64,000 nt of DNA from an uncultured Bacteroidales bacterium (GTDB lineage Bacteria; Bacteroidota; Bacteroidia; Bacteroidales; UBA7960), in the NCBI GenBank assembly GCA_964614525.1, contig CAZTPA010000006.1, positions 6,285-70,284 of the forward strand, in the 5' to 3' direction. This document shows, piece by piece, positions 1 through 9,320 of the stretch (position 1 is the stretch's first letter; every line of letters starts with the position of its first letter). A model generated the notes under the pieces. The model searched no databases. It had not been told where the DNA came from and saw nothing but the letters and a program-made list of their open reading frames with translations. The position numbers were made by a program, and so were the translations under genes.

Positions 1-1
1 T

Positions 2-448
2 TGGGAAAAAGTTAATATACTGAAGTTTTTTGATAATGTTGTTGATATTTACCTCACAGACTTTAAGTATATGGATAATGATTCTGCAAACAAATATTCT
101 ATCGGAGCAAAATCATACCCTGAAGATACACAGGCGGCAATTTTAGAAATGCAGAGACAAGTGGGATCAGCAAAGCCAAATAGCCGAACAGGATTAATTA
201 ACAGAGGTTTGATGATACGTCATTTAGTTATGCCAAATAATGTATGTCGGACAGATTTGGTTTTAAATTGGATTGCCAAAAACTTACCAAAAGATACTTA
301 CATAAATATAATGTCACAATACACCCCCGTTTTTAAAGCGAGCGAATATCCGGAAATTTCGAGGCGAATTACAATAAGCGAATACCGCAGTACAATAAAA
401 GAGGCACAAAAAGCAGGGCTGACAAACATCAAAACTCAAAGTGATTAA
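2..448 (+). CDS. Radical SAM protein, PflX / pyruvate-formate-lyase-activase-like, C-terminal fragment (5' end outside window)
   Basis: The frame is open from nt 2. The listed ORF 71..448 is only the part after an internal Met. DIYLTDFKY..KYS...EMQRQVG...MIRHLVMP resembles COG1313-type radical SAM proteins by recall. Confidence 0.6.
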   Translation, partial: WEKVNILKFFDNVVDIYLTDFKYMDNDSANKYSIGAKSYPEDTQAAILEMQRQVGSAKPNSRTGLINRGLMIRHLVMPNNVCRTDLVLNWIAKNLPKDTYINIMSQYTPVFKASEYPEISRRITISEYRSTIKEAQKAGLTNIKTQSD

Positions 449-858
449 TTATTCGGGGAAGGAATAATTGTAACTAATATATGCCTTGCTTCTCTTGGGC
501 CATCAAATTCACAAAAGAAAATATTTTGCCAGGTTGATAAACCAAGTCTGCCATTTTGAACAGGGATTGTTTCTGATGGACCAATAATCCCGGCTTTTAA
601 GTGAGAATCGCCATTACCATCCTGACTATCATGCATCCAAATACCACGAGGAACTATTCTTCTCATAAGTCTCACCATATCTTTTTGCACACTTTCATCC
701 CAGTTTTCCTGTATCATAATGGCAGCAGTAGCTCCATGGGCATAAACATTTATTATACCATTCTCCGTTTCGCTTTTATTTAAAACATTTTCAACTTCGC
801 GGGTTATATCAACCAAACATTCTCTTTGGTATGTTTTTATTGTGATGGTTTTCTGCAT
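445..858 (-). CDS. yjbQ: YjbQ/UPF0047 family protein (secondary thiamine-phosphate synthase-like)
   Basis: 137 aa. Motifs: GIINVYAHGATAAIMIQENWDESVQKDM, DGNGDSHLKAGIIGPSETIPV, LGLSTWQNIFFCEFDGPR. These are typical of the family. Confidence 0.85.
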   Translation of the reverse strand: MQKTITIKTYQRECLVDITREVENVLNKSETENGIINVYAHGATAAIMIQENWDESVQKDMVRLMRRIVPRGIWMHDSQDGNGDSHLKAGIIGPSETIPVQNGRLGLSTWQNIFFCEFDGPREARHILVTIIPSPNN

Positions 859-1231
859 ACAAATTAGTGTTTTTGATATTAGACAAAGCTAATTAACTAA
901 TTTATAATCAACTAACTTAATTGCAAAATTATATATTTATTTCAATCAATCATAATAATATCATATCAAAAATAACCACCTTACTTGAATCTACAATCCG
1001 CATGGAATAGCTCAAGTAAAGCATTATACTTAACAATAAATTAAGTAAAAAAAGCTTGAAACACATATAAATAAAAAGCCAGTGAAAAGCAAATATTTTT
1101 TAATGGCTATATTCTATAAATCTATATCAACTTTATTATTCAAAGATAAAGTTTGCATTTATATTATTTGTGAAAGGAATTTTACTTTGAGAAGAGTTTG
1201 CTTCATTTGAATTAATTTTTGTTCTGGAAAA

Positions 1232-1264
1232 TGTATAAGGCGAGCCGGCAACTCGCCTTATACA
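1232..1264. other. Isolated perfect 13-bp GC-containing hairpin in a 690-bp gene-free region
   Basis: tgtataaggcgag / ccggcaa / ctcgccttataca. There is no strong T-tract on either side, only attttcc on the minus strand. Confidence 0.4.
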
Positions 1265-1549
1265 CATTTAACCACCAAAACAAAAAACAACATTAACCAA
1301 ATTACCAACTAAAACCATGAAAACATGAAAACTATTCTTAACCCAATAACATACAGTAAGCGAGTTTATTTTCAAAAAAATAACAAGAAATATTACTGTT
1401 TGTTATTACAATACAAAAGTATTTTTAAACACGATATTAAACTACAGTATAAATACTGAATTTAAATACGTGTTTGTCGCAAATTGATTATCAATGACTT
1501 GCAGCCCCTTGTAAACAGTCAGTGCAGACTAAAGAACAAATAGAAACTA

Positions 1550-2728
1550 TTATATTTTGTTAAAATATTTTTTTTCAAAGTATTCAAATGAAGGTATATT
1601 TCTATGAGCCCATTTATCAATTATTACACCATTTTTCAACAATACAAGACCCGGATTTGATCTCACAATAGTTTTTAACACTATGTCATCTGATTGATAA
1701 AATGGATAAGATGTTTGATATTTATGTCGGAAAGCATCAATTTTTTCAAATGAATTTCCTGCCAGAACTATAAAAGAATAGCCTTTTTCCTCAACTTTCG
1801 CGGCAAGTTTATTTATTCTATTCTTAAAGGCATCAGCATCAGCAGTAAAGAGATTATGTGCAACAATTACAAACTGATAATCAGGATTAGTTAAAAATAA
1901 ATCTGTATAATCATTTCCATCTTCATCAATAATATAAAAATTCTCAATTTTTGGTGGTTTTCCGGCATCAATAATAACTTCTTTTCTTGATTTGAAAGTC
2001 CACTCATTAGAATCAGGCACACCTTTTTCCATAAGTTCGTCCTGAGACAAAGTCAAAATCTCACCGGTTTCATTATTTTCATACAAAAAAGTGATACTGA
2101 ATTCTGCAGCCTTTTCCTCCTCCATGAGTTCCTGAACATTATTTCCAATCTTCCAAGGTCTGAAATCAATTATCGGCAAATTTCTTAAACAGTAAAAAGA
2201 CAGCCATAGTATAGCCAAAGCAATAACTCCCAATAACATCCAGTCTCGTTTTTTATCCAGTAATGGCTTTATAGTTTTACGCTTAAAGAAAATAAACATT
2301 GCAGATGCTAAAAGAACAATATTTTTATAAAAGGTATCCCAATTACTTATAATAATGGCATCTCCGAAGCACCCGCAGTCGGGAACAGGATTTTTTACTG
2401 CGATATATAAGGTAAGAGGAGTAAAAAACAGCATAAAAAGCAGAGCACCCCATGCAGTATATCGCATTCTTAGCCCGAGCAAAACAGCCATTCCTATAAT
2501 AAACTCTAGTCCATTTAAAGTAATAGACATAGGAAGAGACATCGGCATAAGCCATTCCATTCCAAAGGCCAAAAAATAATCCTGAAGTTTATATGCAGTG
2601 CCAAGAGGATCAATAGCCTTTACGAATCCTGAGGCGACAAACGTAAGTCCAAATAAAAATCTGGCAATCCATAGTGTTATTTGGACAAGTCTTTTTTTGT
2701 TTTCGAATTTACTCATATTATTATCCAT
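1550..2728 (-). CDS. MauE/DoxX-family membrane protein fused to a thioredoxin-fold (TlpA-like) domain lacking CxxC
   Basis: 392 aa. The N-terminal half has 4-5 TM helices and a PDCGCFG motif. The C-terminal ~150 aa has a TlpA/AhpC-like pattern (VIVAHNLFTADADAF...GYSFIVLAG...PGLVLLKNGVIIDKW) but no redox Cys pair. Confidence 0.65.
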   Translation of the reverse strand: MDNNMSKFENKKRLVQITLWIARFLFGLTFVASGFVKAIDPLGTAYKLQDYFLAFGMEWLMPMSLPMSITLNGLEFIIGMAVLLGLRMRYTAWGALLFMLFFTPLTLYIAVKNPVPDCGCFGDAIIISNWDTFYKNIVLLASAMFIFFKRKTIKPLLDKKRDWMLLGVIALAILWLSFYCLRNLPIIDFRPWKIGNNVQELMEEEKAAEFSITFLYENNETGEILTLSQDELMEKGVPDSNEWTFKSRKEVIIDAGKPPKIENFYIIDEDGNDYTDLFLTNPDYQFVIVAHNLFTADADAFKNRINKLAAKVEEKGYSFIVLAGNSFEKIDAFRHKYQTSYPFYQSDDIVLKTIVRSNPGLVLLKNGVIIDKWAHRNIPSFEYFEKKYFNKI

Positions 2729-2749
2729 TACGTATGTATAAAACTGAAT

Positions 2750-2790
2750 AAAAAAAAATGTATTGTAATGAATTACAATACACTTTTTTT
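2750..2790 (-). terminator. Rho-independent terminator-like hairpin (bidirectional shape)
   Basis: A-run, then gtattgtaat..attacaatac (10-bp stem), then T-run. It lies just downstream of the DUF1573 gene on the minus strand. Confidence 0.55.
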
Positions 2791-2827
2791 ATTCTAATTA
2801 AAAAACAATAAGAAAATATTATTCTTA

Positions 2828-3280
2828 TTATTCTCCATTAAACACATCTTCTTCAGCTTTTACAACCTTGCCTTTAATGCGAAAAACTTTTTGTCCGGCG
2901 GGTTCGTTAGATAAAACGGTAACAACTCTGCTAACATTATGAGGCCTTGGCGCTAACCTGAATTTAACTTTTATTATACCCTTGTCACCAGGACTAATAG
3001 GCTCTCTGGGCCATTCCATAATACGAGTTCCGCAACAACCTCTAACCTGAGAAAGAATAAGAGGCTCATTACCGGAATTTACAAATTCGATTTCCAAATT
3101 ATATTCCTCTAGTTCATTAACTTTGATCTCACCTAGCTCTTCTGCTTCTTTAACAAACTCTAATTTAGGACCCTCAACTTCTTCAACATTTTTAGCAGAC
3201 AAATCTGCAACTAAAAAAAATACAAAAACTGACATTATTACAAATGCAATTTTTGAATAGCCTTTATTTTTCATAATCAA
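2828..3280 (-). CDS. DUF1573 domain-containing protein, secreted
   Basis: 150 aa with an N-terminal signal/TM. The pattern FVNSGNEPLILSQVRGCCGTRIMEWPREPISPGDKGIIKVKF matches the DUF1573 layout, where CCGT replaces the usual CGCT. Confidence 0.7.
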   Translation of the reverse strand: MIMKNKGYSKIAFVIMSVFVFFLVADLSAKNVEEVEGPKLEFVKEAEELGEIKVNELEEYNLEIEFVNSGNEPLILSQVRGCCGTRIMEWPREPISPGDKGIIKVKFRLAPRPHNVSRVVTVLSNEPAGQKVFRIKGKVVKAEEDVFNGE

Positions 3281-3481
3281 AATACTTTAATAAAATTAAT
3301 AAATCCGTAAAAAAATCTTTTTCAAGAAATGTGCCAAAATACCATTAGAAGTAATAAAATACAATAACTAAGCTCAGTATAAATGGCTAAATGTATAAAC
3401 TTTTTTGAAAACAACAAAATGCTTTTTGTTTATACAAAATTATACAATTTTTTCTACATTAATAATTTTCCAATTTTTAAA

Positions 3482-3511
3482 ATAAAAAAAATGCCGACAA
3501 TAAATCGGCAT
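3482..3511 (-). terminator. Rho-independent terminator of the ArsR-family gene
   Basis: On the minus strand: atgccga tttattg tcggcat followed by T8. Confidence 0.65.
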
Positions 3512-3538
3512 AAAACATTAAATACTCCTAGAATTTTT

Positions 3539-3832
3539 TTAATTACATCGGCTTAAGCAATCAACTATTTGACTGATTGCCTCATGCTTCAGAGAATAAA
3601 AGGTGTTTTTACCACTTCTTGTGGAATCAAGGACACCTTTGGTTTTAAGAATATTTAAGTGATGAGAAGCGCTTGCTTGTTCAATCTTCAATTGCTCATA
3701 AATCTCAGTTACGTTCATTCGATCTTTTTTCTCAAGTAATCCAATAATTGCTATTCGCATAGGATGTGCTATGGCACGCAGCTTACTGGCAGCTTCTTCT
3801 AGTTTTTTAGGTGACAATTTTGGGTTTCCCAT
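3539..3832 (-). CDS. ArsR/SmtB family transcriptional regulator
   Basis: 97 aa. Winged-HTH pattern: LRAIAHPMRIAIIGLL...MNVTEIYEQLKIEQASASHHLNILKTKGVL. Confidence 0.85.
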   Translation of the reverse strand: MGNPKLSPKKLEEAASKLRAIAHPMRIAIIGLLEKKDRMNVTEIYEQLKIEQASASHHLNILKTKGVLDSTRSGKNTFYSLKHEAISQIVDCLSRCN

Positions 3833-4133
3833 AACAAAACTAATTATTAATTTATCGGTTTGAATACTAAATATTTCTATTTAGGCAACAAATGTAATAA
3901 TTTAATTATACATATTTAACAAATTGAATATTTTTTTAATAAAATTTGAAGACCAAATACTGCATATACATTGCTGAATAACAATTCTTTGATCGAATTA
4001 ATTAAATAAATGTATAGATTTTTATATAACTAAAAAGGTCTATTAAGATTAATTGTAATCTGTTGTTTTTAAAGAATTTAAGGTCTTAAATGATTTTGCA
4101 TATTAGTTATTCTATATGGGTAATTTTTTTGTG

Positions 4134-4883
4134 TTATTTATGTTTACACACTTTTGCTGTAAGAAAATCTCTATTCATTTTTGCAATAAATTCAACCGGG
4201 ACATTTTTAGGGCAATCATACTCACAACCATAAGTATTTGAGCAGAATCCAAATCCAAGTTCATCCATCTTCAGTACCATCTTTTCAACTCTGGCTGACG
4301 CTTCTATTTTTCCCTGTGGCAACATATTTAATTGGGCAACTTTTGCTGCTACAAAAAGCATCGCGGAAGAATTTTTGCAAGCAGCAACACATGCACCACA
4401 TCCAATGCATGTAGCTGCATCAAAGGCCTTATCTCCTATTCTTTTCTTAACAGGAATATTATTTGCATCCTGAGCAGATGAAGTATCCACATTAACAAAA
4501 CCACCGGCTTTAATAACTTCATCCAGAGAGGATCTATCAACCATAAGGTCTTTAATTACCGGGAATGCCCTTGATCTCCATGGTTCAACAACAATTGTTT
4601 CTCCATCTTTAAAAAACCTCATCCTTAGCTCACAGGTGGTGGTTCCACGCATTGGGCCGTGTGGACGTCCATTTATGTACATTCCGCAGCAACCGCAAAT
4701 ACCCTCCCGGCAATCATGATCAAAAGTTACCGGATCATTACCTTCCTTTATTAGCTTAGTATTGAGATAATCCAGCATTTCCAGGAAAGACATTTCCGGG
4801 GAAACACCATCCAGCTTATACGTTTCAAATTTTCCTTTATGATTGGCGTTTTTTTGTCGCCAGATTTTCAGCTTAATATTCAT
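4134..4883 (-). CDS. sdhB: Succinate dehydrogenase/fumarate reductase iron-sulfur subunit
   Basis: 249 aa with three Fe-S Cys clusters: [21 protein letters not shown] and CEYDCP. Confidence 0.9.
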   Translation of the reverse strand: MNIKLKIWRQKNANHKGKFETYKLDGVSPEMSFLEMLDYLNTKLIKEGNDPVTFDHDCREGICGCCGMYINGRPHGPMRGTTTCELRMRFFKDGETIVVEPWRSRAFPVIKDLMVDRSSLDEVIKAGGFVNVDTSSAQDANNIPVKKRIGDKAFDAATCIGCGACVAACKNSSAMLFVAAKVAQLNMLPQGKIEASARVEKMVLKMDELGFGFCSNTYGCEYDCPKNVPVEFIAKMNRDFLTAKVCKHK

Positions 4884-4921
4884 AATTATCTTTTATAAAA
4901 CTATAAACAAATGAATGATTT

Positions 4922-6841
4922 CTACTTATAATCCCTTGCTTTTAATTCAACAAATTCAAACTTCAGGGGTTCTTTATGAAGTTCTGGTTTTTCTTTATTC
5001 CCTTTATACTCCCAGGCTGCAACAAAAGAAAAATCCTCATCCTGTCTCATTGCTTCACCTTGAGCTGTTTGGTATTCTTCTCTAAAATGGGCACCACAAG
5101 ACTCATTGCGCGACATTGCATCAATACACATTAACTTCCCTATTTCAAAGAAATCGGCAACGCGTAAAGCTTTTTCAAGTTCCTGATTGAGTTCATTTGC
5201 TGCACCGGGAACTTTAACATCTTTCCAAAACTCTTCCTCAAGTTCATCTACCAAAGCTAAAGCTTTTTCTAATCCTTCAGCTTTTCTAATCATTCCGCAA
5301 TAATCCCAAAGAATTTTACCAAGTCTTTTATGAAAAGATGTAACAGTTTGACTACCATCAATACTTAATAATTTTTCTATTCTCTCTTCAACTCTCTGTG
5401 CCGCCTTATCAAATTCATTAGTATCGGTAGGAATTTTGGGTGTTTTAATATCATCTGCCAGATAATTGGTTATAGTATTTGGCAAAATAAAATATCCATC
5501 ACCGGCACATTGCATTAATGAACTTGCTCCCAATCTATTGGCACCATGATCGGAGAAATTTGATTCTCCAATAGAGAATAAGCCATTAATAGTTGTCATA
5601 AGATTATAATCGACCCATAAACCACCCATAGTATAGTGGCCTGCCGGATATATTCTCATTGGTTCTTCATAAGGATTCACACCTGAAATTTTCTCATACA
5701 TTTCAAATAAGTTTCCATACTTATCTTGAATAGCCTTTTTGCCATGCTTTTCTATTGCCTGAGAAAAATCCAGATAAACAGATAATCCTGAATCTCCGGC
5801 TCCATAACCTGCATCGCAACGTTCTTTTGCAGCTCTAGAAGCAACATCTCTGGGTACAAGATTTCCAAATGCAGGATATCTTCTTTCAAGGTAATAATCC
5901 CTCTCTTCTTCCGGTATTTCGTTAGGATGGCGTTTATCATTTTTTACAGAAGACACCCAAACTCTTCCATCATTTCTAAGCGACTCTGACATAAGAGTTA
6001 GTTTGCTTTGATACTCGTTGAGCACCGGAATACTTGTGGGGTGAATTTGAATAAAGCTGGGATTAGCAAAAAACGCTCCTTGTTTATATGCACTCCAGGC
6101 AGCAGAAGCATTACTTCCAAGTGCTAAAGTTGATAAATAAAAGACCGTGCCGTATCCACCTGTTGCCAAAACCACAGCATGAGCGGAATACTTCTCTATT
6201 TCTCCTGTCACAAGATTTCTGGCAATTATACCTCTGGCTTTACCATCAACAACAACCACATCAAGCATATCTCTTCTCGGATACATTGTAACTCTTCCTT
6301 TAGAAATTTGTCGTGAGAGAGAAGAATATGTTCCAAGAAGGCATTGCTGACCTGTTTGACCTTTTGCATAAAATGTTCTGGAAACCTGAACACCTCCAAA
6401 CGATCGTGTATCAAGCATTCCGCCATAATCTCTTGCAAAAGGGACTCCCATGGCTGTAAAATGATCAATCACAGAGTTACTGACTTCAGCAGCACGATAA
6501 ACATTTGCTTCACGCGCCCTATAGTCACCTCCTTTAATCATATCAACAAAAAGCCGGTAAGTGCTATCTCCATCATTTTTGTAGTTCTTAGCAGCATTAA
6601 TACCACCCTGTGCTGCAACGGAATGAGCTCTTCGTGGAGAATCCTGAAAACAAAAAACCTTGACATTATATCCTAATTCTCCTAATGCACTGGCTGCGGC
6701 AGAGCCGGCAATTCCTGTTCCAACAACAATAATTTCTAATTTTTTCTTATTAGCAGGATTAACAAGCCGCATTGAACTTTTATAATTATTCCATTTTTCA
6801 GCTAATGGGCCGGGCGGAATTTTTGAATTTAATCGAGTCAT
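4922..6841 (-). CDS. sdhA: Fumarate reductase/succinate dehydrogenase flavoprotein subunit
   Basis: 639 aa. FAD-binding [10 protein letters not shown], covalent-FAD region [14 protein letters not shown], and HYTMGG / [10 protein letters not shown] motifs. Confidence 0.95.
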   Translation of the reverse strand: MTRLNSKIPPGPLAEKWNNYKSSMRLVNPANKKKLEIIVVGTGIAGSAAASALGELGYNVKVFCFQDSPRRAHSVAAQGGINAAKNYKNDGDSTYRLFVDMIKGGDYRAREANVYRAAEVSNSVIDHFTAMGVPFARDYGGMLDTRSFGGVQVSRTFYAKGQTGQQCLLGTYSSLSRQISKGRVTMYPRRDMLDVVVVDGKARGIIARNLVTGEIEKYSAHAVVLATGGYGTVFYLSTLALGSNASAAWSAYKQGAFFANPSFIQIHPTSIPVLNEYQSKLTLMSESLRNDGRVWVSSVKNDKRHPNEIPEEERDYYLERRYPAFGNLVPRDVASRAAKERCDAGYGAGDSGLSVYLDFSQAIEKHGKKAIQDKYGNLFEMYEKISGVNPYEEPMRIYPAGHYTMGGLWVDYNLMTTINGLFSIGESNFSDHGANRLGASSLMQCAGDGYFILPNTITNYLADDIKTPKIPTDTNEFDKAAQRVEERIEKLLSIDGSQTVTSFHKRLGKILWDYCGMIRKAEGLEKALALVDELEEEFWKDVKVPGAANELNQELEKALRVADFFEIGKLMCIDAMSRNESCGAHFREEYQTAQGEAMRQDEDFSFVAAWEYKGNKEKPELHKEPLKFEFVELKARDYK

Positions 6842-6899
6842 ATTTGTTTTGTTTGGTTGTGATTTAGCTTTTTTTAAATGCTGTTCTTAATCCCTGCAA

Positions 6900-7592
6900 C
6901 TATGCAGGACTATAGAAAAATAAAAAATAAATCGGAATTATTGAAAAACCAATCGCAATAAACAATGCATAAAATGTTCCTAATACTTTAATGAAAGGCA
7001 TATACTTGCTATGGTTTAGTCCATAAGTTTGAAAAACAGACTGAAATGCGTGCTTTAAATGAAATCCAAGAAAAAGAAAGGAAATAAGATATACTGCAGA
7101 GTAAAAAGGATTCTGGAATAATTCAATTGCCATATTATAAAAATCCTTTTCATGTGATGCAGTTTCAGGAATTGCAACAAAACCCACTTTAATAAAAAAG
7201 AAATGAAACAAATGCAGAACTAAAAATATCAGGATAATTATACCTGTATGAATCATAAAATTAGAAAAAGGGCTTACCTCTGTGCGTAATGACTTATTAT
7301 ATTTTATCGGCCTTGCCCGATAGTTATAAATCTCCAAAATTACCCCGATAATAATATGTATTATAAAGCCTGCGAATAAAACATATTCCATGATTTTAAT
7401 CAATGGATTACTTGAAAGGAAATCAACAGCTTCATCAAATGCCTTACCATCATTTCCAACAAGCATCAATAGGTTTGTAAAAAGGTGTATTAGTAAGAAT
7501 AGCATTAAAAACAAACCCGCTGCAGCCATTATATATTTTTTTGTGAGCGAGGAAACAAATTGTTGGTTTTTTTTGTTCTTTTTCCGTTCCAT
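6900..7592 (-). CDS. sdhC: Succinate dehydrogenase/fumarate reductase cytochrome b subunit (Bacteroidota type)
   Basis: 230 aa with five hydrophobic helices carrying conserved His residues. It is the first gene of the C-A-B operon order. Confidence 0.8.
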   Translation of the reverse strand: MERKKNKKNQQFVSSLTKKYIMAAAGLFLMLFLLIHLFTNLLMLVGNDGKAFDEAVDFLSSNPLIKIMEYVLFAGFIIHIIIGVILEIYNYRARPIKYNKSLRTEVSPFSNFMIHTGIIILIFLVLHLFHFFFIKVGFVAIPETASHEKDFYNMAIELFQNPFYSAVYLISFLFLGFHLKHAFQSVFQTYGLNHSKYMPFIKVLGTFYALFIAIGFSIIPIYFLFFYSPA

Positions 7593-7668
7593 TTATGTTA
7601 GATTTTTATTCGTATGTAAATCTATTTTTGTTTATTTGCATATAGATTTTTGAAAAATCATCGCATAA

Positions 7669-7676
7669 CAAATATA
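7669..7676 (-). promoter_or_regulatory. Candidate Bacteroidota -7 promoter box (TAtaTTTG) for the sdhCAB operon
   Basis: Exact TAnnTTTG match on the minus strand, ~77 nt upstream of the sdhC ATG. No well-spaced -33 TTTG was seen. Confidence 0.3.
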
Positions 7677-7801
7677 TATGTTATAAATCAAATCTTTACA
7701 ATAATTTATCAAATTTGTAATCTGTTTAAATAAGATGTTTAAAAAACCCGGAACTTATTAATAATCAATAAATAAAAGTATAATAATTAAAAACAAAAGA
7801 T

Positions 7802-9193
7802 ATGTTTAATAAAAATGTTTATCAAAAGCGTAGAGAAAAACTCAAAGAAAATGTAAAAAGCGGCATTATTTTGATTTTGGGAAATGTCGATTCTCCAATG
7901 AATTATCCTGCAAACACATATCAATTTAGGCAAGATAGCACTTTTTTATATTTCTTTGGCCTTGATAATCAAGGTTTAGCCGGAGTTTTAGATTTAGATA
8001 ATAACAAAGATTATATTTTTGGAAATGATGTTTCTATGGATGACATCATTTGGATGGGGCCTCAGGCAAGCATGAAAGAACAAGCTGAAAGTGTTGGCGT
8101 AAAGCACACTGAAGAATACAATGCTCTTTTTGACTTTATAAAAAAAGCGAAAGATGACAAAAAAGTTATACATTTTCTTCCGCAATACAGGGCTGAAAAT
8201 AAATTATTAATTGAAAAGCTTCTTGATATAAAGCCAGATGATCAGCCCAAAAAAGTTTCTATGGAGCTTATTAATGCTGTTGTCGATTTACGCTCAATAA
8301 AAGAAGATGTAGAAATTGCAGAAATCGAGAAAGTAATGGATACGGCTTATGAAATGCATACTACAGCTATGAAAATGACTAAACCCGGTATGTATGAAAG
8401 AGAAATATCAGGCACACTTGAAGGCATTGCACTTGCAAAAGGGGGAATGTTGTCTTTTCCAATAATTTTAACTGTAAATGGAGAAACTCTTCACAACCAT
8501 TACCATGGAAACAAAATGGAGGAAGGCCGGTTGTTGTTAATTGATTGTGGAGCTGAAAATGATATGCACTATGCCTCTGACCACACAAGAACAATTCCGG
8601 TAAACGGGAAATTCACAACAAAGCAAAAAGACATTTATAACATTGTTTTGCGATCACAACTTAAAGCTATTGATGCAATAAAACCGGGAATTAATTTTAA
8701 AAGCATTCACATGCTTGCTGCTGAAGAACTGGCAAAAGGGCTTAAAGAACTTGAGCTTATGAAAGGTGATATCAAAGAAGCTGTTGACAAAGGAGCTCAT
8801 GCATTATTTATGCCTCATGGACTTGGTCATATGATGGGACTTGATGTTCATGATATGGAAAATCTGGGCGAAAATCATGTTGGATATGATGAAGAGGTTA
8901 AGAGATCAGAAATTTTCGGAACAGCATTCTTAAGGCTTGGACGCAAGCTTAAAAAAGGATTTGTATTAACTGTTGAACCCGGCATTTATTTTATTCCTGC
9001 ATTAATTGATAAATGGGAAAAAGAAGGAAAATTCAAAGAGCATATCAATTATGATAAGGTTAAAAAATACATTGGGTTTGGAGGAATAAGAATAGAGGAT
9101 GATATTCTTGTTACTGAAAATGGATGCAAAGTACTCGGCAAACCAATCCCAAAAACAGTTGAAGAGATTGAGGAAATAATGAGCAAAAAATAA
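7802..9193 (+). CDS. pepP: Xaa-Pro aminopeptidase (aminopeptidase P family, M24B)
   Basis: 463 aa. M24 metal-ligand context: LIDCGAE...YASDHTRT, HGLGHMMGLDVHD, LTVEPGIYF, GGIRIEDD. Confidence 0.85.
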   Translation: MFNKNVYQKRREKLKENVKSGIILILGNVDSPMNYPANTYQFRQDSTFLYFFGLDNQGLAGVLDLDNNKDYIFGNDVSMDDIIWMGPQASMKEQAESVGVKHTEEYNALFDFIKKAKDDKKVIHFLPQYRAENKLLIEKLLDIKPDDQPKKVSMELINAVVDLRSIKEDVEIAEIEKVMDTAYEMHTTAMKMTKPGMYEREISGTLEGIALAKGGMLSFPIILTVNGETLHNHYHGNKMEEGRLLLIDCGAENDMHYASDHTRTIPVNGKFTTKQKDIYNIVLRSQLKAIDAIKPGINFKSIHMLAAEELAKGLKELELMKGDIKEAVDKGAHALFMPHGLGHMMGLDVHDMENLGENHVGYDEEVKRSEIFGTAFLRLGRKLKKGFVLTVEPGIYFIPALIDKWEKEGKFKEHINYDKVKKYIGFGGIRIEDDILVTENGCKVLGKPIPKTVEEIEEIMSKK

Positions 9194-9220
9194 TAATTTG
9201 CTTAGTCTATTTCATAACAG

Positions 9221-9291
9221 GCTGTCTTAAAAGTTCTATTATTATAACGAAGGTTAAAATTCGTATAATCAGGCTTTTGAGACAGCTTTTT
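9221..9291 (+). repeat. Long imperfect hairpin plus T5, acting as the pepP terminator; copy A of a dispersed arm motif
   Basis: gctgtcttaaaag ... cttttgagacagc (13 bp with one G-U), then ttttt. The 5' arm GGCTGTcTtAAAAGTTCTA is shared with 23533-23551. Confidence 0.55.
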
Positions 9292-9320
9292 AATTATTAA
9301 AAACACTTTCCACTCAAATA

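Noticed and set aside
1326-1460. 44-codon plus-strand ORF (MKTILNPITYSKRVYFQKNNKKYYCLLLQYKSIFKHDIKLQYKY) in the long intergenic region.
   Set aside because: It has no signal peptide, no recognisable motif, and no promoter box at a sensible distance. It is compatible with chance, so it is not called.
5752-6676. Antisense or alternative-frame ORFs inside sdhA (5752..5940-, 6088..6291+, 6226..6468-, 6344..6676+). Similar nested ORFs occur in other strongly supported genes, for example 601..783, 2343..2579, 9775..10119, 10789..10983, 35826..36119, 39606..39920, 48034..49444, 53314..53637 and 58119..59545.
   Set aside because: They lie entirely within well-supported conserved genes, have no recognisable motifs and have odd compositions. 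They are treated as chance ORFs.
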